Below are positions 1 to 13,637 of a DNA stretch of 64,000 bases, piece by piece; the first letter of the stretch is position 1; every line of letters begins with the position of its first letter. This DNA is from Octopus bimaculoides (lineage: Eukaryota): assembly GCF_001194135.2 (NCBI RefSeq), contig NC_068981.1, forward strand, positions 96,431,160 through 96,495,159, in the 5' to 3' direction. The position numbers were made by a program, and so were the translations under genes. Under the pieces are notes generated by a model. That model was not told where the DNA came from, made no database searches, and saw only the letters and a list, made by a program, of their open reading frames with translations.

Positions 1-2234
1 TGACCAATATCATTTCATATCTTTTTTCAGCAAATTATTCAGTGGAGCCCTAACCTTATGCATATTTTGGGATGTAATTTTGGTAATTTGCCAGTCCTAA
101 ACATGCTTGTAAGGTCACTCTATTAGTCGGAGGAGGCATATTTTTAATTGCATCTGCCCTTGATGGGTCAGGTCATCATCCATTTCTGTCAATGACTTGT
201 CCTAAATATCTTATTTCCGGTAAGAAAAATTAACACTTTTCTTCACTCAAGGTAAAGCTGTAATACTTGTTTCAAATACATATTTTATGTGCTCGACATG
301 TTGATCCCCAGATTTAATGAGTATATCATCCAGATAAGGAATTCTGACTTCACAGTCCACTAACATTGTATCGATAATCTGGTGAAAAATCGCTGGTGCA
401 ACTTTTAGACCAATTGGTAACTTCTTGTACTTATACAGTCCTTTATGCGTGTTAACTGTTCGGTATTTCAAGCATTCATCATATACTCTAATTTGTAGGT
501 ACACATCAGAGAGATCCAATTTAGAAAGTATCTTTCCACTGTTTAATTCTGCTAAAATATCTTCCGGAGTAGGTAGCGGATAGTGGCACTTTTTAAGACA
601 TTCATTTAACCTAGTGGAAAAATCAGTACTCACTGATTTTATTACTCTTTTTCTTGATATACACAGTTGGGGGCTGCCCATTTAGAATATTCCACTTTTT
701 GGATAACTCCAACTTTTTTCTAGTCTCTCTAGTTCTTCATTGACTTGTTTCATCGCTGCAAAGGGTACCATTCATTTTGGTTTAAATACTGGTATGGCAT
801 TTTCTTTGAAAACATACCCTTGTCTTGGCACAAGGACTTGATTTATCGGACAAAATTTCAGGGAAAAATTTTTTTTACCTTTTCTTTCAATTCATCTGAT
901 GACTTATTTTTACTGGAGGAAAAACCATTTATATTTTTACAGAATAGATTTATGGGGAGGTCCCATAAGTTAAACAATTCCATCCAGTCAATACCAACCA
1001 GTTTGTTGCATTATTTAACAAAAATTTTGCTTTCGAGGTTTTACCCCAAAATGTAACTTGTCATTTCACCCAAAAAATGTAATTTTTTTCCTGAGATACC
1101 TTTAGCAATTTTTAAAGTTTCCATCAATGTGGGCTTTCCTATTTTTTTTTTTCCATGTCTCGGTGTTAATAATTGTAATATCACTGCCTGTATCTGGCTG
1201 TAACTTCGCATTCACGTTATTAATTTTTATGTACACAAACTTTCTTTTTTGAGCCTCACCTAGACTTTATGTGGAGAAAACCTTCCTAGACTTTTTTTCA
1301 TTCCGCCTTTTTTTTTTTTTTACTCTGCAATGTGAGCTTTTTATGTCTGATTTTTTGACAGGTAAAACATTTAAAATTTTTAAACACACTTATTTTTAAA
1401 ATGTAAACCTCTGCACTTGTAGCATGGATTGAGTCTTGTAAGCGATAGTAATGCTTTTCATTGATTTTCTTTGTGTCATGTCGTAGATTAATAATTCTGA
1501 CATTCCTCTGCCACTACCTGCAAAGTCAAATTCTGGTCTTGTTCTTATTTTGTCAATAACCGGCACGTATCTCTGCATCTTTGCTTGCAGTTAACCCGTG
1601 AACAAAAATTATACATTTGAAGATGCCCAGGGTTAATTCTTTTAGTTTAAATTTTTCACATTCTCGATTGGCTACTCCAGCATAGGTAATGATTTTTTTC
1701 TTTTTTTTTCTTACTAGATTCAAACAATCCTGAGTATTGAACAGGGAACTCCTCTCACTGAAAATTTTTAATTTGTTTCATCGAAACAAATTTCCCTTTT
1801 TTTTTTTTTTTTTCCCCCCCCCTGCATAATGTAGTTAGCGCATTTTTCATGTTCGGCAGAGTATAATTTTCTTAAAAGTAGTTGTACCTTTTCATTTGTC
1901 CATCCAATTTTTGCATTCCTCTTTAAAGATTTCTTCATATCTTTGGAAATATGCAGAAAAAGTAATACCATCTTCTCTTCTGTGTTATAACTGAATTCTG
2001 AAATTGCATTTGCTACACCGTCTGGTGAGAACGAACCTGAAGTATTTGAGGACTTCAACATTAATTCCAGCAACTGTTGGTATTGTTGTTATTGCTGCTG
2101 TAACTGTGTTGCTGTTGCAACAGTACCACAAAGGCTAAGTCTTCCATGTAAACTAATTTTTGGGTTTTTGAAATTTTTTTTTATCAGAACAAAATGTTAA
2201 TGTCCAACATAAGCTTCAAATAAACTCGTTGCCA
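1..2234 (-). mobile_element. Decayed Ty3/Gypsy LTR retrotransposon (Mag/K02A2.6-like gag-pol), truncated by window edge
   Basis: RT ORF 247-681 (KLDLSD..YLQI, LPIGLKVAPAIF, YLDD); PFAAMKQVNEELERLE and KWAAP upstream; RT/RNaseH linker PDPSRADAIKNMPPP at 1-240; gag pieces (FKCIIFVHGL, Q-rich start); PBS-like TGGCAACGAG at 2234-2225. Frameshifted. Confidence 0.85.
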
Positions 2235-2329
2235 CTTTTATATCCTTCTATACATTGAATATACAGATTTCACAAAGTGGGGATAGACACAACTGTCATC
2301 ACACGATGTACTTCAGATTACTTCACTAA

Positions 2330-3250
2330 GCACAATACTCCAATAAATACAAACTCTCAACAACTAAGACTTTCATCTCAACTAATACACTACTCGTTAT
2401 AAGAGTTTGGCTAGTCCATTCTTCCAATCCCACAGGGGTGTCAATGACTCTCGCCACAACATATTCACTCATAGCTGTGTGTTTTGCTTCATCCCATGAT
2501 TCAGCTATATTATCCACTGCATCCATAGTGTCAAGCCCTTTCTAGATGTCTCTAACTCCAGTCTTATTCTTCCCAAAAATTTTCTCATATGCTTTGAAGT
2601 TAGCTATTGCTTTGATCCATTGGCTGAGGAAGTTATATTTTTGGGTATGTTATTCCACTCTCACATTATCAGAAATATTAAGTTCACTGGGTAGCTTAGT
2701 GCATTGTCTAAAAGGGTGATGCTTTGTTGGAAATAATTACACCTGGCATTGTACTTGTAAAACAGTTTTGGAAATGCTGGTAGTTATCCAAGCCTTCCTA
2801 TTTGAATGCCAAATTACAGGTAGATTAAACTTAGCATAGTCTTTGGATTTTGGATACTGATACACAAGTAGGAGCTTTAATGTCATATTACCAGCCACAT
2901 TTCTTTCTATAAAAGCCTCAGATGACTTTTGGTGCTTTTTTTTTTAAAGCCTGGTGCTGATTTTTCTTCGTTAGAAACATGTCTTCAGTAATTTTTCTCA
3001 GCTCAAGATAATTAGAGGTAACCTCTGTATCAGCACTGACAGCTTCACCTGTCATTTTTATATTAATTAGGGTGCCATTTAAGATTTTCAAACCAGCCTA
3101 CTAACAAAGAAAAGGTTTTGCATTGAAAGTTGTACTTTTCACTTTCTGAAAATTGTTGTACAAATTTATATTCTTACTTGAATGACCACTGTTTATCAGT
3201 GCATTATATCCAGTCTGATTGCTGATCCCAACACCTAAATGGAACTTGAG
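2330..3250 (-). mobile_element. pogo/Tigger-type DDE transposase remnant
   Basis: Minus-strand pieces NIKMTGEA.SAD, EEKSAPG, LPVIWHSNRKAWITT, DQ..IANFKAY and DAVDNIAESWDE in Tigger order. Confidence 0.75.
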
Positions 3251-3642
3251 CTATTCCATTTTACACATCACTTCAGATTTATGGGGGTGGGGGGGGAGAA
3301 ATTGTCCATTTAATGGAGTAGTTACTCGATTCTTGACCTAATTTACTTTTCTCACATATTGTTCCTACTATACTCATTGTAAGCTTTAATGTTTTAGCAA
3401 ATGGCTGAGTTTTTCTTGCACATCATCATTTTACCATTTACTTTTCCATACTAGCACAAGTCAGATGGAATTTGTTGAAGCAGTTTTTAAACAACTAAAT
3501 ACCTTTCCTATCATAAGTAAGGTAATATTTCTCCTTAGCCAGACATTTCACAGAAGATTGGAAATGAATAACACTGTATGATGGTGATGCTTGCTTAAAA
3601 TATCATCACACATACAAAACGGGTTTCTTTAATTTTCTAAGG

Positions 3643-5058
3643 CAGGGGTGGGCAACCCCTGGCATGCCAATAACTTGTTTCTAGCATGCGAAACCCTCTC
3701 TCTAGTAATTCACCATTTAATGACTTTCAATAGTATATAGTGACTTTTTATTGCTCATATACATTTTACATTACAAATTAGGCCTACCTTTAATGATCTC
3801 CTCCCAGAATCGGCCAGTGTTTGTTGACAAGACAACTGCCTCACCTACTTATTCAAAATTTCTCTCGATGCACGCTACAGCAGTAATGTCATCATTATGC
3901 TGTATTCTTGCAGAATGGGGTAGAATCTGTATATAAAGGACTGAAAATGTACAACAATGTTCGATGGCTTAACCGAGGTTTGGTTCTGAAACGATTTGTT
4001 GAATGCTTAAATGAGATAAAGCTCTTTTTGAATGATCAACATGTTTCTTATCAAGAATTGTCTGACATCTTGTGGGTTTGTAAACTGGTGTTTTTTGCAG
4101 ATTTTTGGGAACATTTGAATGACTTGAATGTTAAATTACAGGGCTCTTGTAAGACACTTGATGTTATGTTTGGTTACATAAAGGCTTTTGAAATGAAACT
4201 AGATTTTAAGAGGGATGTGAACAATGAAATTTAGATACTTCCCAAACCTAGAGGTACATCAATGATCTATCAAAAGGTAACAGAACAGAATGCTAATGCC
4301 TTCAAAAGCTGTTTGTAAACATTGAGTCAAACTGTTGAGCAGTTTTTTTACAAAGTTTGCTGAATTCAGTGAACTGGAAGAGATAGCAAAATTCATGAAG
4401 TTTCCAGACATTAATCAAACTGGGAGAACTAAACTTACAAATGTTTTCATGGATAGACATGGTTGATTTTGAAATGCAGTTGATTGAATTTCAAAGTAGC
4501 TAAATTTGGAAGCAAAAATTTATTGACCTTAGCATAGTCTTAGAAAGTATTGAAAAAAAGTAGAGACAGGAGTACCAGAGAGGAGTGAAGAAAATGAATT
4601 GTAAAGGATTTGGAATGCCATTTCAGAAGATTTTTCCAGTTTAAAAGACTTTGCAACAGCACTAATATCCATGTTTTCATATGCTTGTGAATCCTTGTTC
4701 TCAGTGATGAACTTTAAGTTTTGTAATAGGAGTAACCTGACAGATGAAACTAGGAGTGCATGCATATTTCTGAAGGTTACAAAATATAAACCCCAATACA
4801 AAATCAGTCATCAGTGATGCAGGAGCAGAATTTCCACTAATAATCTGAGTCAGCAAGTTTTCTGTCAAACTGATATTTCATCTGACTGATGTTTTCTTTT
4901 GAAAGTGGCAAAGGTTGTCAGCAAGTTTTCTGCTGGACTGATATTTTATTTGATGCTTTCTTTTGAAAGTGGCAAAGGTTCATTGTTGTTTAGATATAAC
5001 TTTGAAGGTGAATAAATACATTATCCATCATTATATATTGTGTTTTACTACTCTGTGG

Positions 5059-5100
<42 letters not shown>

Positions 5101-5250
5101 CATTTATTAAAAAAGTTCTTAACATACATTTTCTTAAGAAATATCAAGTACCCTGATATGTTCTCAAAAAAAAAATTGGTTGGCACATGGAATTTTGTGT
5201 CAGATTTTGCCAGTTTTGGCATGCACTCTCAAAAAGGTTGCCCACTCCTG
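3643..5250 (+). mobile_element. hAT (Buster-type) element, internally deleted, with TIRs and 8-bp TSD
   Basis: TIRs CAGGGGTGGGCAACC / GGTTGCCCACTCCTG; flanks TTCTAAGG at 3635-3642 and 5251-5258; ORF 3908-4234 (VRWLNRG..LKRF, LNDLNVKLQG) and C-terminal dimerisation-like ACESLFSVMN at about 4680. Confidence 0.92.
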
Positions 5251-5642
5251 TTCTAAGGCTTTGTTCAGCCAGGGACTATAATAGAGAACACTTGCCTAAG
5301 ATGCAATGCAGTAGGATTGAGCACAAAGCCATGTGGTTGGGGACCATTCCTGCACCTATTAAACCTTTATAAAACAGGATTATGTTGGATGACTTTGAAA
5401 TTGCTTTTGATTCATTTTTGCTGTCTTCCAGTTGGTTTCTTTTCAGTCCCCTTGTATAAAGGTAATGTACTATATGCTTCAATTAAATCTAATAGTAACA
5501 GTATAGACAAGAAAACCACACCAAATAGTAAAACATTAGAATCCAAGCAAAGTAGTGATATTCTGCATTGACAAATGTTTTGTTATTGCTTTGGATGCAA
5601 AAATATGAGTAAATGAAACCTGTTGGAGCATGTGCTATTTGA

Positions 5643-5845
5643 TTAGCCCTTCAGTATTTAAACTGGCCATATTCAGCCAAAATATTCTATCTTATATTTA
5701 AACAAACCAGATGTGACCTCTCACACCAACCCCACAATAAGTTAACTCCTCAAAATTGCAAAGCTAAAAGATAATGCATTATTCAAAACAATGTGAATAA
5801 ATAAGCATTACTTTTGACAAAATAATGTGAATGCTAAAGGGTTAA
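5643..5845. mobile_element. piggyBac-like MITE (TTAA..CCC...GGG..TTAA ends)
   Basis: Ends TTAGCCCT / AAAGGGTTAA; related copy at 30948-31148. Confidence 0.55.
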
Positions 5846-7519
5846 AGTTAGTGGCAAGATCAAAGTCAAGGATGGAGTGCTAAGAAGAAAGTAAGCAGAT
5901 ACTGACAAGTATGTTGATCAAAGAATAATCATGTTGGTAGAATTAGTGCATGCTCAGGCAGAATGAGTAAGTGATATTGAGTAGTGAATGTGTTTGGTGA
6001 GATTCAGGAAATTTTTATAATTGCTAAATTTACTTGAGTTTCTGTATGAGTAAGAATTGCAAACTGTACCCTAAAGTTAGTGGTCATATTTTCCAACTTC
6101 TGTTCAGTATGGAATTCCATATATCCAGAGTTTCTGTAACATGGAAAATGATTGTACCAAAAATCTCATCTTTTTTGCACATTTCACTTCTTCCTAAAGA
6201 TTTTTTTGATGAGGCTTTTCTTCTGTGTGTGTCTGTGGTTTCTTAAAATTAGAGAGTTGGTTTGGCAGGATCTTTAGAGTGGTAGACAAAGTGCCTAGTA
6301 GTATTATTTACAGATCTTTACATTCTGGCTCAACTGTACCTTTCATTCTCTTGAGTCAAAGTACCAGTCGAACTACTCAGGGTAGTGCGTCAACTAAACT
6401 TGTCTCTGAAAATTGCTGGTCTTGTGCTTGCTTATATTAGAAATAATTATATCTCGTCAATGGATTAGCAGTCGTTTGAGCATTGGAGAAAATGCTTTGC
6501 AGTATTTGTTCTGGTTCATTGTGTTTATATCCTGCTGAGGTCAACTTGAATCTGTCCAGGGTTGACAATCAACTAAACCACTCCCCCTCAAAATTGCTGG
6601 CTTTGTGCTTAAATTATTACTATATCCATGTCACTGTATTGAGGATAGGGATTTTAATTCTAACCAACAATATACTTTCAGCAGAATTTATGAAATGAAT
6701 TATTATACTGTGATATTTCCAGACCAGTCCTTTAGTTGGTTGTAATAGTCACATTAAAGCCATTGTATTCTCTGGAGCTTTTTTTTTTTTTTTTTAAACA
6801 TCCATTGCAATTAGTAATGTTCTTGGAATTTTAAACTGAATCTTTTGAGCTAACTACAGGTACAGATTATTTACATAGTTATTCCATTGTACATGCTAGG
6901 GATATTCCTATGCTAATTGCCCCACTTTCCCCATTCTACTTGGAGTGTGTGTATAATCATTTAAAACAATTTGATACGGTTCCATGCTACTTAAGGTTTC
7001 ACAGGACTCTAACTGGAACCCGTGTCTTTCAGGCTTTGGATGTGTGTGTGTGTGTGTGTGCGTGTGCGTGCGTGCGTGCGTATATATACACATACATACA
7101 TGCACTAGCACTTTACACTTAATCAGTGCTTTTTTTTTTTATGGTCTTGAGCTTAATGTTATTTTCTTAAAGACTCCAAGATTCCCATCTATTGTTTACT
7201 TTATGCTATGTCTACAGAGTTGGTTATCAGTCCTGCATATGAGCTGATTTTCGAACATCTTCCAGTATTGTCCTCTGCCTATTATCTTGTCCCACCAGTG
7301 TTTTTGACTTTACTTTCCCCCCAACAAACAATCAGCCATGCCTGCTTTCTCTGTCTTCTTATAGATTACAGCTTTATATTCTTGCATTACTTTTAATAGG
7401 AGGCTACTCTCTCTTTTGTATTCTCTGCCACAACTGCAAGAGAATACAGTATTTATACATGATCTCCATTGAAACTTTGTTTGAGAATGATGTCCCTGAA
7501 GATTAGACTTGCTTTTGAA

Positions 7520-7718
7520 TACTGTATTTTCTGGTATACAAGGTGAATATTTCAGACTAAAATTTACAGCCAAAAAAGGTAGGTCAACTTGTACACCAAG
7601 ACATCTTGGAGGACCAAAAATTCCATGTGAATTACAGCAATGATTGTAAAGATTGTATCAGTTTTTCAATGTTTACACTATATACAACGTTGACTTGTAT
7701 ACCAAAAAAAAAATGATA
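7520..7718. mobile_element. Tc1/mariner (Tigger-like) MITE
   Basis: Begins TACTGTATTTTCTGGTATACAAG and ends in a degenerate complement GACTTGTATACCAAAAAA. Confidence 0.4.
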
Positions 7719-8481
7719 CTCTCCTGATGTTGTCTGTGCCATTGATCTTCAGAATGTTCTTTGTCTTTCTAAGACAAATTGTTACTGGTTTGTTTTCTGG
7801 GCATGTGGGGGGAGGGGGTTCCATAATTTGATACAACTATGAGTGACATCTCTCCCAAATAATGCCTCTGTCAGAAAAGATCATGAGTAAGAACTGTATA
7901 ACATGTCATCACTTGCAACTGTGGCAGACAATATAAAGATAAGGGTAGCCACTACCTCACACTAAAAATAATACTAGAGGAACATCATGTCTGTCTATGG
8001 ACAAACAAAAAAAAAATCAGACATCACTGATCATTTGTGGAGGAAAAAAAGGAGTCACCAACTTTTATGGAACAGTCAGTGATATAAAATGCTGGAAGAC
8101 AATTTAAAGTTGCAAATTTTTGTTACAAGGATAACTAATACAAGAATATCTCTGAATGGGAGCAATCTATCTCAATGGCTTGAAGAGAGTTCAGTTCAAA
8201 ATTTTGAAACTCTTACTGCATGCAACAGGCATCTGAATAATGTCGGAGTATAACAGCTGAAACATTGTTACTAATGACTAAGATTGAGATATATCTAAGT
8301 ATAGCAATGAATAATGATAATTCTTTTTAAATTTAGCACACAGCCAGCAACTTTAAGGAAAATAGGAAGCTAATTACATCAATCCTGAAAGGACAAAAGA
8401 CAAAGCCAACTGCAGTGGAATTTGAACTCAAAACATAAAGCTAGAATAAAATGATAATATAGTTTTAACAGATACGGGCAT

Positions 8482-8767
8482 CCCATATGTTCCTGAAAAT
8501 ATGACCGTGAAGAATTCCATGATGCAAAACCTATTTTATCATTGATTTTCATATTGTAAATTGAGATGCATTCCAAAAGAATAAGCAACCACTATTATAT
8601 ATGAAAGTAACAAGTTTCAAACTTGCTCTACAGTATGTACATAAAACATTTAAAGAGAAAGAACTACGTTAGAAATAAATGATACAATAATATAGTAGTA
8701 TGGTACATAGTCACTGGAAATGATATTGCTGTGTGATAGGCCAACCTTTTAGCCACATTCTTTACAG
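8482..8767 (+). repeat. Copy 1 of ~290-bp local direct repeat (empty site)
   Basis: Near-identical to 10309-10762 apart from the insertion in the latter. Confidence 0.9.
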
Positions 8768-8769
8768 CA

Positions 8770-9760
8770 AACTGAAATGGCATTGATAGAGTTTCTATAT
8801 TCTCCTCTTGTTATGCTGCTCACTTTTGTTCTAACATCATCAGCCCCTCATCAAACAAAACTTTCTCTGTGGGATCCTGGCAACTCATTGATGTCTTCAA
8901 TAACTTCTTCAAATCTTACATCATTTTGCCAGCATCATAATAGTGTGCTGAACTTGATGTAGTCTCTGCTGGTGGAAAACCTGTAAAATCATGGGTACAT
9001 TCTGGTCAAAAACACCATTCATAGTTGAATGCTTCCGTAATTTTATCTTCCACCTTTTACTTGTTTCATTCATTGGACTGCTGTCATGCTGGAGCACCAC
9101 TTTGAAGAGTTTAGCCAAACAACTTGACCCCATCATTTATAAGTTACTTTGAAATTAGTTATCCTTCTTCAATCCATTAGATTCCACACTTGCATAATCA
9201 GAAAGGTCATCTGAGTTTACTAGGTAGCTTTGTGCTGTGTCTAAAAGGAACAAAAAAGATGTTTGTAAACCAGTCTTGGAAAAAGCTGGTTGTCATCCAA
9301 GTCTTACTTGAACACTGAATCACATATAGATTAAGCTTAACATAGCCCTTGAAAGCCTTCAGATTTTGAAAATCACTAGCAACATTTCTCCTTTCATTTG
9401 TTAAGTTTTTAGAAGCTGTAAAGTCTATTGCTAATTTTTTCTTCACTTAGCATGATTAATAGCAGCCTAAAATTTGCCTAATTATCAGCTTCCTCTGTCA
9501 TTTTAATGTTGAACCAATTAAGGTGCCTCTTAGATTTTTCAAACTAGCCTTTACTGTAAAAGAAAAGGTCTTGCATCAGAAGTTTCACCTTCCATTTATT
9601 GCAAATTGTCAAATTTTTAATATTAATGAAGTTTGATCATCAATCCACACACTTAAGCTTTTCCATTTTAAGTATCACTTCAAAACCATGACAAAACATT
9701 GTCCAGGTATTTAAGAATGAGTGCTTGAGTGCTCAACCCAATTTTGTCTTTAGTGTTACA
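8770..9760 (-). mobile_element. Second pogo/Tigger-type transposase remnant
   Basis: SKG*FEKSKRHLNWFNIKMTEEA and SSKTWMTTSFFQDWFTNIFFVP (DDE_1-like). Confidence 0.7.
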
Positions 9761-10308
9761 TATGTATTCCCACTGTAGACATTGCTAGTTTTAATGTTTT
9801 TTGGAGGGTGGGGGTTGCTATATGGCTGGTGGGGATTTCCTTTGCATCTTTTTTTTTGTGTAAAATAAAGTTTTAGGAAAGCTAGATGCTGGATTTACAT
9901 TGTAATCTCTTTACACACTATTGCCTTCACATTCATTTGATTTCTTTTCACTCATCTTTAGAAAGGTAATGCACCATACTTGCTGTGTTAGTTAAATCCA
10001 ACAGTAACTGTGAAAGGCAAAAAATCCACATCAAATAGTAAAACAGTAGAACCCAAAGAAAGTGATGTTCTTCTGTGTTAGCAAAAGGTAATTATATTAC
10101 TTCGGATTCAAAAATGAGAAATGTTTGATAAGAGGTAGAGACAAGCCCCAAATCATTGGATTATTACACACAATCAAGATGAGGAGGTGGTGAAGAGTGC
10201 AGGTAGATGTATGTTAAGATCAATGAAAATATTAGTTGGGAATGGGACAAAAGATGGAACACATAGGTATTAAGGAAGTTATATTTTAGATTTCAAAATT
10301 AGAATTTA

Positions 10309-10762
10309 CCCATATGTTCCTGAAAATCTGACTGTGAAGAATTCCATAATGCAAAACCTATTTTATCATTGATTTTCATATTGTAAATTGAGATGCATTC
10401 CAAAAGAAAAAAGCAACCACTATTATATATGAAAGTAACAAGTTTTAAACTTGCTCTACAGTATGTACATATAAAAAAACATTTAAAGAGAAAGAACTAA
10501 TTTAGAAATAAGTAATACAATAATATAGTAGTATGGTGAGAGGTTTGCGTTAGGAAGGGCATCCAGCTGTAGAAACTCTGCCAGATCAGATTGGAGCCTG
10601 GTGCGGCCATCTGGTTCGCCAGTCCTCAGTCAAATTGTCCAACCCATGCTAGCATGGAAAGCAGATGTCAAACGATGATAATGATAGTAGTGGTAGGGTA
10701 CATAGTCACTGGAAATGATACTGCTGTGTGATAGGCCAACCTTTTAGCCATATTCTTTACAG
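10309..10762 (+). repeat. Copy 2 of direct repeat, interrupted by a SINE/LINE-tail insertion at about 10538-10684
   Basis: Same sequence as 8482-8767 with an insertion ending in a GATGATAATGA tail between TAGTAGTATGGT and TAGTAGTGGTAGGGT. Confidence 0.88.
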
Positions 10763-11329
10763 TTTATATTACAAGTTTATATCCTGAAATTTGTATGTCA
10801 TACTTTACAATTTCTGTTTGTAGTTCCATAAACTGAATTACGGAATAATACAATTACTTAGTCTATCAAAATATCATTAAGTTATAAAATTATAGATATT
10901 CTAACTTTCAAAGAATATGAAAAAAGTTTTTTACCATCCCTGTCTCAGATAATCTATTAGCTAATGCATTGAATGTATCTCAAGATGTTTAGCCACAAAT
11001 GATAGCTGTTAGTATTTAAAGAATCAGTCCTCCCCACCTTCATTCAGTTGAATGAATCAACTAACTGAAAAGGCTCAGCTCCTGGCTTTCAAAGAGGTTT
11101 GTATTAGACATCTTGAAAAAACTTTTATTCTAGATACTTTGTTTATTGAAGTAGTTTATAAGATATTTTCAGTTCTAAATTATTACTATTCTCTTGTTGT
11201 TATGGAAAGCATGAATTAGTATCTGCATACTCAGTGTCCATTCTCAGATGGGAAACTTAAGGATTTGTTTGCACTGGCTAAGCAAAAAAACTCTAATTGT
11301 TTTTACACATTGCTTTCCCCACAGAAACC

Positions 11330-12123
11330 CTCATTCCATAATCATTAACTTCTGATGAGATTGGTTAATTACCTTGCATCTTGATTCCACCTGATCTCCA
11401 TGGAGTTTTGGATAACCAGAGAACTCCAGCCACCACAGCTGCAAGCTTTTTCATGAACCTGCCCCCAGACCAATCTCACATCTGTCAAGTCCTCCACAAT
11501 TTGTGACCAGTTCTTGATAGGTTTGCTACATCTCCTATGCTCCCAACTGGCTTCAATTTTAGTGTGGTTGTCACTGGTCTATTCATAGGCATGCATGCCA
11601 TGTACCTGAGCTTACATCTCATGGAATTAGTATCTCGTAGGTTACTTAGCCTGACTCTTTCTATGACTGTAATGTGATCATGGCAAAAAATTCTTAGTAT
11701 AGTCCTAAGGCAATGACTTCAGAAGACATTTGCAGTTTTATAAATCCTACCTTTTCCACCTCTCACAGGGATATGTCACTGTCATCAAAATGATGGATGT
11801 TTATAGAGTTTGGTACTTTCATTAATGTAGGAATTAGGGCATACAGCTTTCAGGTTCTGGAAGACAGCTGGAGCTTTACCAATTCTCTTTTCAACATCAT
11901 CACCTAGGTCTTCATTGTTATTGATGTTACTGCTAAGTATGTGAACAAATCAATGATTTTGCATGTGGACCTCCAACCAGATGTACTGCTATGCCTTACC
12001 AATAACCATCACTTTCATCATTTCATTGCTGAGACTGGCAATCAATTATTGTAGATATGATACTAAGGGGTTGCAGACCTTCAGTCTGTGAATCTCTTTC
12101 TCTCTCTCTTTCTTTCTCTCTTT

Positions 12124-12163
<40 letters not shown>

Positions 12164-12880
12164 GTGATGCTTTACATTGCATCCTCCATGGACTTCCTCA
12201 TAACCAATTTCACCACCAGCAGGGCCAAGAAAGTGGAGCAGTATGCAACCCTGATGCACTCCTGTAATGATCCAAAATCTGTTCCATCTTCTGGTTTTGT
12301 CAGTATTCTTTTCCCTGGTAAAGTGATCGCACAATCTTGGTATAGCACTTGGGTGCTCCATACATCAAGATTCCCTCTGCATTCTGTCAAAGGCCTTTTT
12401 GAAGTTAATGAAGTTGACCACTTGTGACTTGCAGCACATGTTACACAATGTTGGTCTTTGTTCATTGCATGACTTTCCACTCATAAGTCCTGCATGTTCT
12501 TGTAATTATTCAACCTCATGCTTCATGAGGGTGAGTAAGTCACTGCAGAATGCTTTGTCAGGGACAACCAACAGATAACTCACACCAGTTATTGGGCAAT
12601 GCTACAATGACTCCATCATCCACAAACTTCAGTGGCCTCACTGCCACTTGCTTAAACAGTTCTGTAGATCGTTATAGAATGCCTCCTTATCTTCTATTGG
12701 AGCCCCCTATTAGTGTTACATGTATACCAGTCAGCAAAATTTACAGTTTCAGAAAATGAGCTGATAAATACTGAATTTGCAGGGCTCAGCAACCTCATTC
12801 TGGTTGTCTTTCAGGCAGAAATACCCCTTCGTCACAGTGAAAGCACTTAATGCCTTCTTTCTTTTCTTGTGTATTATTGA
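11330..12880 (-). mobile_element. RTE-like LINE reverse-transcriptase remnant with internal (GA)n tract
   Basis: TGVHQGCIL, KRPLTECRG and DDVEKRIGKAPAVFQNL on the minus strand; (TC)n at about 12095-12162. Confidence 0.7.
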
Positions 12881-13637
12881 TACTACTTTCTTTGCCATGA
12901 ACATGAGTATTATTTAGAACAGGTACAGGTCACAACTTCAAACCCTGGAGGACTTGAGAATATGCTTTTCAACCATCCAACCTCAGATATGAGACATCAA
13001 CAGCCTAAGTATTTAGACTTTTTTAAAAAATTTTCTTACCCACTTTTAATTTTAATTCTATTCAGTTTGTGAGTGGAATTAAAATTTATATCGATAAAAG
13101 CTGTACATTATTTTTTAAAGTATTGTACTGGTGCATGTGTATTTTTTGCAGTGATTTACACCCATTTTTGTTTTAAAATGATTATAATATTTTTATACAA
13201 AACTTTCTTTAAAAAGCTGGTGTTATGTTGTAACACATCTAGTGCATTCTTCAGTGAGCTATGGCTTGCAAAATGTTGAAATTTCATATCTATATGTGTG
13301 CAGGATGGTTAATTAGAGCTTTGCTATCATACAAGTCATATGGTAACAAGTACTACTGTTTGAAGAATATCATTTTTGTGTTTCAAAATTGTTTGCTTGT
13401 TCTTTATAGTGAAGAAATAATCTTTGATTGATGTTTCTTCCACCAGTCTACTAGTAAAATGGTTGAATTGCCCCACTGTTGACTAACTTCTCTGGCAGTT
13501 CATCACATCAAGTAGTTACATGATATTATTCAAATGCTGAAAATATATACTTTTAACAAACCTATTTAATCATTTTTGTAATTTGTTCAATAACTGTTAA
13601 ATGAACTTTCCCAAATGTTTTCTTTCTTTTTTTCTAG

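Noticed and set aside
745-1056. 103-aa + strand ORF
   Set aside because: Antisense shadow of the minus-strand Gypsy pol.
6908-7247. ORFs over (GT)n/(CA)n tracts (also 13712-13945, 39930-40241, 44021-44301, 47351-47744)
   Set aside because: Microsatellite-derived low-complexity translations.
1-13637. UBE2L3 exon 1 (MAASRRL.K-like, about 27 coding nt)
   Set aside because: No ATG...AAG|GT segment with that sequence and no CpG-rich promoter-like region found; presumably upstream of the window.
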